Assembly: GCF_006345805.1 (NCBI RefSeq)
Contig: NC_043000.1
Span: forward strand, 31,124,001-31,188,000
DNA: 64,000 nucleotides
Origin: Octopus sinensis
Lineage: Eukaryota
Reading direction: 5' to 3'
Shown: in pieces, positions 52,501 through 59,800 of the stretch
How the letters are laid out: each line of letters begins with the position of its first letter
Numbering within the stretch: position 1 is the stretch's first letter
Notes under the pieces: generated by a model
What the model was told of the DNA's origin: nothing
Database searches by the model: none
What the model saw: the letters and a program-made list of their open reading frames with translations, nothing else
Translations under genes and position numbers: made by a program

Positions 52501-55500
52501 TTTTACGTGCCACCGGCACAGGGATCACAGCTGCAGTTTCCATTGATTTTGATGTTGGTGTACTTGACTCAATGGATCTCCTCAAGCACAGGGTTGAAAT
52601 GGTGCTTCTTCACTTGCCACCTGCAAAGGAGTCAGTCCAGCGGTCCTGGCAACTGCCGGGTACCAGTCATAGGATTGGTTCAATTTCGATTCTGATTTCG
52701 ATTTCACTTGCCCCAACAGGTCTTCGCAGCAGCATGTAAGAGAGATGACTATGCTGGTTTGGATATGTGATGTGTATGAATGCAGACAACTGCCAATCAC
52801 TTAGAGTGGATGGCACATGTGGAAGAGAGAGACCAAGGAAGACATGGGATGAAGTAGTGAGGACTGATCTCAAGATGTTGGGGCTCATAGAGGAGATGAT
52901 AAAGGCCCTAGATGTTTAGTGATATGAAGTTAATGAGAAAATCTGCCCACCTCAATAAAACTGAGTTCTGGAAGTGCTGTGTGTTCCACCCACATGTAAC
53001 ATTAAAAAATGTTTCACAACCCCCTTGCACCCCATTAAACCAAACTGCATCTCCTCTTCTTCCTCTATATCATGCACTGTGTTTATCTCTCCCTCGCTAC
53101 TCCTGCAGTTCAGTCCTGTCCTCACTGCCCTACTCACTGTATCATTGCTATCCCCTCTATACCCAAGTTTCACCAGTCATTGCATCCCCTCTCCTCTTCC
53201 ATCCTCCTCTTTGCATTCATGAGAACTCTTTACTCATGCACCCTTAGCAATGCTCTGCCATCCCATTTTACGGCAAATCTCACCCATGCTCTCTTGCTCT
53301 TTCACTCCCTCTTGCTTATTCACTCTCTCCCTCTGACTCCCATCTGCTACTTTCTCCCTCTCATACTGCCAAGTATCTCCTCTACAGCAAAGCCCCTTTT
53401 TTCTTCCCTCTGTCATACTCCAGCTTCTCATCATATGGTGCTAATTCACCTCCTCCTGTACCACCCCACTCTCAAAGGATCTTTGTCTTGAAAGTTACTT
53501 GGTGATCCCACTTGTGCGGGTGCTATGTAAAAAGCATCCAGTTCACACTGTAAAATGGTTGGTGTTTTTTGAAGAGCATTCAACTGTAAAAGCTATGCCA
53601 AAGCAGACCTTGCTGGTGCGACATAAAAGCCCCCCAGTCTAGTCTGTAAAGCGGTTGACATTAGAAAAGATATTCAGCTGTGAAAATCATGTCAAAGTAG
53701 GCTTCACCACTGCTGGTGCCATGTAAAAAGCACCCAGTCTACTCTGTAAACTGGTTGGCATTAGGAAGGGCATCCAACCGTAAAAAGCATGCTAAAATAG
53801 ACAGTGGAACTTGGTACAACCCTCTGCCTTGTCAGCTTCTTTCAAGCCATCCATCCCATGTCATCATGGAAGACGGATGTTAAATGATGATGATGGTATA
53901 TGCAGATTATTCTAACATGGAGGTGGGGAACTATGTGCATCATAATATATAATAATTAAATTTTCTCTATTCGTCATTGTTTTTAAATTCTATGTTAGAG
54001 AAGTAGCAACGACTTTTTTCATCAAATTAGTTTGATCTGTTTGAGTCATCAACTATTTCCCTTCCACAGCCAATTAAACAAGCAGTGAAAAGTGCCCAAA
54101 TAAATGAAGTAATGTAACTTGTTCAAGGGCCTGGTGAGGTTTTAACCTGATCACCAGTAGTCTGTTCCTTTAAAACTTCCCGACTACTGCTATTTTTGGT
54201 TGTTGAACATGACTCCTTATTTTTTTATATCATTTCAATTACAACATTTGAAGAACTTAACACAGTAATTCCTTGGCTCTTAGCCACATTGGTTGTCTCA
54301 GTTCTTTCTCTGAGGTGTATTAATATAATCTGCTAATTTTCTGTCACTAAGATTTTGGCAATAGTTCTGTCTATGTTACAGCAAAATCTGTATTTTTTAA
54401 TCTATATTTCTTCACTTGTTGCTGTGTACCTCTAAGTAAGAAACCTAATTCTTCTAGTCTAAAGTTTAGTCCTTTTTAGTTTTTATTGTTTTACTGGCAC
54501 CTGTGCCAGTGGCACGTGTGCCAGTGGCACGTGTAAAAAGATTCGAGTGAGGTCATTGCCAGTACCACCTGACTGGCCCCTGTGCTGGTGACATGTAAAA
54601 AGCACCCACTACACTCTCGGAGTGGTTGGCGTTAGGAAGGGCATCCAGCTGTAGAAACTCTGTCCGATTAAGATTGGAGTCTGGTGCAGCCTTCTGGTTC
54701 GCAAGCCCTCAGTCAAAATCGTCCAACCCATGCTAGCATGGAAAGCGGACATTAAACGATGATGATGATGAAGAAATTATTGTTGTTCTTTAAATAATAG
54801 AAATCTAATAGAATTAAACATTGTTTTTTCGTTGCCAAAAGAAATAGTTGAAGTTTGCACCATTTGTTCTTTTAATTTTTTTAAACATCTCACGCTATGA
54901 AGCTGTGGCTGTGTAATTGATTTGAACAATTGCTTAAATATGGGTGCATGGTTGAGAAGATTCCCTTGAAACCAGATGTTTTCTGGTTCACTTCACTGTG
55001 TGGCACCCAGGGCAATATTTTCTACTATACCTCAGGCTTTGTCAGTGAATTTAGCAGATGGAAACTGTATAGAAACCTGTTGTGTGTGTGTGTAATTAGG
55101 GTGTTCAGCCTATGATTTTAATTTTGTGAGGTCAATTTCTGGTCGTATGTTGTGTCCTTGAGCGTCACACTTGTTTCATGTTGCTCCAGTCCACTATGAC
55201 TGGCAAAAATGAATTGTATTTCAAAGGGCCAACGTTGTCACATTGTGTCACACTGAATCTCCTTGAGAACTACTTTAAGGGTATGCATGTCCATGGGGTG
55301 CTTAGCCATTTTCACATTAATTTCACATGCAGGGTATTCTGTTGATCAAATTGGCTGGAACACTTATCGTCCTAACCAACAGAATGCCAGTTATCATCAT
55401 CATCATCATCATCATTTAACATCCGCTTTTCATGCTAGCATGGGTTGGAAGATTTGACTGAGGACTGGTGAACCAGATAGCTGCACCAGGCTCCAATCTT

Positions 55501-56850
55501 GATCTGGCAGAGTTTCTACAGCTGGATGCCCTTCCTAACGTCAACCACTCCTAGAGTGTAGTGGGTGCTTATACGTGCCACCGGCACGAAGGCCAGTCTG
55601 GCAGTACTGGCGACAGCCATGCTCGAAATGGTGTTTTTTACATGCCACCTGCACAGGAGTCAGTCCAGAGGCACTGGCAATGACCTCGCTCGAATGTTTT
55701 GTTCACGGGCCACCGGCACAAGTGCCAGTAGGGTGACACTGGTAACGATCACGCTCGGATGGTGCTTTTTATGTGCCACTGGCATGGAAGAAATGAAATT
55801 TGGCACAAGGCCAGCAATTTCAGGGGAGGTGTTGTAGAAAATGACCATGTCTGGGACTTAATGGTACAATGTGGCCATAAAATTGAACATCTCAAGTCAG
55901 ATACTACAGTGATTGATAAAGTTAACAAACAATGTTTAATTTCATATGTAACTTGCCCAGCTTACATTAAGGTATGGGACAAAGAGTTGAAGAAGATTGA
56001 GAGATATAAACTATTAACATGGAAGATAAAATAATTTGTGGGCTATGGAGAAGACTGAAGGGGTCCTATTTTTGTCAGGACACTTGGTAATGTGAGCTCT
56101 AGAATTGAAAAGAGCGGCTATCTGGCCTCTGTGCTGGTGGCATGTGTAAAAGATTCGAGCGAGGTCGTTGCCAGTACCACCTGACTGACCCCGTGCCGGT
56201 GGCACGTAAAAGCACCCAGTACACTCTCAGAGTGGGTGGCATTAGGAAGGGCATCCAGCTGTAGAAACTCTGCCAGATCAAGATTGAAGCCTGGTGCAGC
56301 CATCTAGTTCGCCAGCCCTCAGTCATTTGTCCAACCCATGCTAGCATGGAAAGCAGACGTTAAATGATGATGATGATGATGATAAACCATTTGTGGGCTA
56401 TGGAGAAGACTGAAGGGGTCCTATTTTTGTCAGGACACTTGGTAATGTGAGCTCTAGAATTGAAAACTATTTAAAAGAAATTGGGGACAATATCAAGGTG
56501 AGGCACTTGCTGCTAGAATACTTAGAAAAGTGCTTGGCAGTTGAAGGTGCCAACTCAGTCCATTGGTTGTGGACAGCTGGCACTGGCATTACACCACCAG
56601 CAACAAATGCTGTGCAACAAGTCGAACAATAATCCTTTTGAATTTTTGGTACAGAGCTAGCAATTTTTAGAGGAGAGGGCAAGGTGTTTACATTGATCCC
56701 ATCACTTGACTGGTACCTTATTTTAACGACCTCAAAAGGATGAAAGGCAAAGTAAACCTTAGCAGGATTTGAGCTCAGAATGTGGAGAGCTAGAAGAAAT
56801 GCTACCTGACATTTTATTTGATGTGCAAACAATTCTGTTAACTTACCACC

Positions 56851-56890
<40 letters not shown>

Positions 56891-59800
56891 TAATCGTTGC
56901 CATAGTTATATTTATATGATTTTTCTTTTATCAGAAATTCTCAAACGAACTCCAAAAACCAATCCTGATTCCAAAAAGCTGGAGGAAGCTGTAAAAGCAT
57001 TAAAAGAAGTTCTCACGTGAGTTTTAAGTGATTTCTGTAAGCATGGCTGTTGTGGTTGAAAAGTTTACTTCACAACCATAAGCGTCTAGTTTTGAGTCCA
57101 CTGCAGAGTTCTTTTGGCAAGTCCCTTCCTACCATAGCCTAAGGTTATATTTGGTGGATGAGAAGCTTGTACAAGTTAACTGCGTGTATGTATATGTGTG
57201 TGTATGTATGTATGTATGTATATATGTGTGTTATCATCATTTAATGTCTATTGTCAATGCTGGTATGGGTTATGTGTATGTATGTGTGTGTGTTTGTATG
57301 TTTAGTTTAAACCCAGGGTTTATGGTTGTGATCATGTTGTGACCAGTAGAGCAACTTGACTTCCCCTTCTGGGCCAGTCCATCATATCAGATTGCCCGCT
57401 GCAAGCCCAATGCAGAAGATTCAATGTCGTATACCAATGCACCATTTACAACATAGTAAATAACTCCTGTAGCTATTACATTGGACCGAGCACCAGTTTT
57501 AAACAAAGTTATTATGCACATTTAAACTCATCCTGGCTAGCTCCTGTCAAACCAGCTAACCCATGTCAGCATGGAAGGAGAACATTAGGCAATGATGGTG
57601 ATGATATAAGTATGTGTGTGTGTGTGTGAAGGCGGCGAGCTGGCAGAAACGTTAGCACGCCGGGCGAAATGCGTAGGCGTATTTCGTCTGTCGTTACGTT
57701 GCGAGTTCAAATTCCGCCGAGGTCGACTTTGCCTTTCATCCTTTCGGGGTCGATAAATTAAGTACCAGTTACGCACTGGGGACGATGTAATCGACTTAAT
57801 ACCTATGTCTGTCCTTGTTTGTCCCCTCTGTGTTTAGCCCCTTGTGGGCAATAAAGAAATAGGTATTTCGTCTGCCGCTATGTTCTGAGTTCAAATTCCG
57901 CCGAGGTCGACTTTGCCTTTCATCCTTTTGGAGTCGATAAATTAAGTACCAGTTACGCACTGGGGTCGATGTAATCGACTTAATCCGTTTGTCTGTCCTT
58001 GTTTGTTTCCTCTGTGTTTAGCCCCTTGTGGGTAGTAAAGAAACAGATATAAGTATGTGTGTGTGTGTGTATGGATGCATATATGAATGTATGTGTTTAT
58101 GAGTGTGAGTATGTATCTTATGCGTACACTTGTGTGTGTAGATGTGTATATATGCATATATGTATGTGTGTGTATGCGTGTGTCTCCTTATCCTGATGTT
58201 TTGTAGTAGTTGTAAACTATTGCCACTCTCGTACAAGTTACTGTCATCCATTTCCAATATTCTGCAAAAGCGTTTCTGGCATGAGGGAATATTACCTTGT
58301 TTGGAAATGAGCAACGGTTGGCAACAGGAATGGTATTCAGCCATAGTAGATGATGTCTCAATAAATTCTGACTCATGCAACTGATGATGTTGATGCTGTA
58401 TAAGATCTTTCTAAGGATCCTTTCATAAACCTTTGTATGAAAGGTCTTTTATTCATTACTGCTTCATTAGGCTGACGTTTCAATTTAGTGAGTCACTAAT
58501 TAGCTGCTCTAATAAACCTGGTGTGTTTGTATTTTGGTATTTTTCAGCTGATTACTAATCTCAAAGCTATTTCCATTTCTAGATACATTAACGAAGACAA
58601 GAAGAAGACTGAAAATCGTGTGGAAATGTTTGACTTATTTAACGACATTGAGTGTTGTCCTGTAAGTATCTAATTTACTGCTTGGGCTTCTTTTCGTTTA
58701 ATTAACCAAGTTGCTAAATATCTTGAAAATATGCTGATATTAAAAGATCAACTAGTAATAATAATTTCCAGCAGTTCTGCTATGCCATATTGGTTTATGG
58801 AACTTTACTTGTTCATGAGGATCTGATAAAGTTAATTAACATGTCATCTGATTGTAATTACAGCCAGTTTAATTGGTTGACGAGGATTTTTAGATAAGAA
58901 TTTTAGATAATTTTTGTACTAATTTTATTTTGTGTATTGTTTTTGTTTTCCAGCCTTATCTGCTCTCTTCACATCGGACTTTCCTAAAGAGGGTCGACAC
59001 TATTGAATTATATGGTTCAGTCATTCCAAGAGGAGAATCTTTGACTTTGTTCCTCTTTAGTGATAACCTGTCTGTAAGTTATTTTTGTTTCTGATGCTGT
59101 TACTAAAACTACTAACATCCTGCCTCTCATTGCTAACCCCACCCTCCTCCACTACATTGGTATGAACCTCTCTTGTGTTGTTGACTTTTGCTTAAGATTC
59201 CGTTAGTTACATCTTTCATTCATGCTTAAAAAATTAATTCAAAACTTTCAAACTATCAAATTTATCTTAAACATTCTATTTATATTTTTATATTTATTTA
59301 TTTATATATATTTTTAATACAATAAGTATTTTCACACGGATATATCTTTATGAAGAGTTTGATATTGATTTCCTTATATTAATAATAATAATATGTTATT
59401 AAAAAATATATGTATATATCGCTCGTATTAAATATATAAATACTTTAATAGTATTAATATTTTTATACAATGGAGCACTCAATATAAATTCAGCATAAAA
59501 TATTCTTATTGAATATATTTACCTAAAGATTTATGATCTTTCATTTATTTAACGTAGAACGCAAAAAGAAAAACTAATTGCTACACCTATGCAAATGTAT
59601 TCTGTGGACAATTTCAAATTCACAAGACAAGAACTGTATGACCTACTCCAAGAAGGCATCACAGAATGCTGTAATTCACTGTAAAAAGCTCATGATAAAA
59701 GTAACAAAAAAATACGAAACTCACAATGTCTTCTCATTGACTTCTCAGTCACTGTAAAACATGTTCTTGTTTTGGCTTTTCTGCTGCCTATCAACAAGTT

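Noticed and set aside
52096-52695. 199-aa ORF and many similar ORFs containing FLQLDALPNANH or MLFTCH
   Set aside because: These are chance open frames across the non-coding RTE 3'-tail repeat.
52149-52925. Twin-priming 5' inversion of an RTE insertion
   Set aside because: The + strand ORF fragment continues into its own older UTR and tail near 53890, so these are two separate head-to-head insertions.
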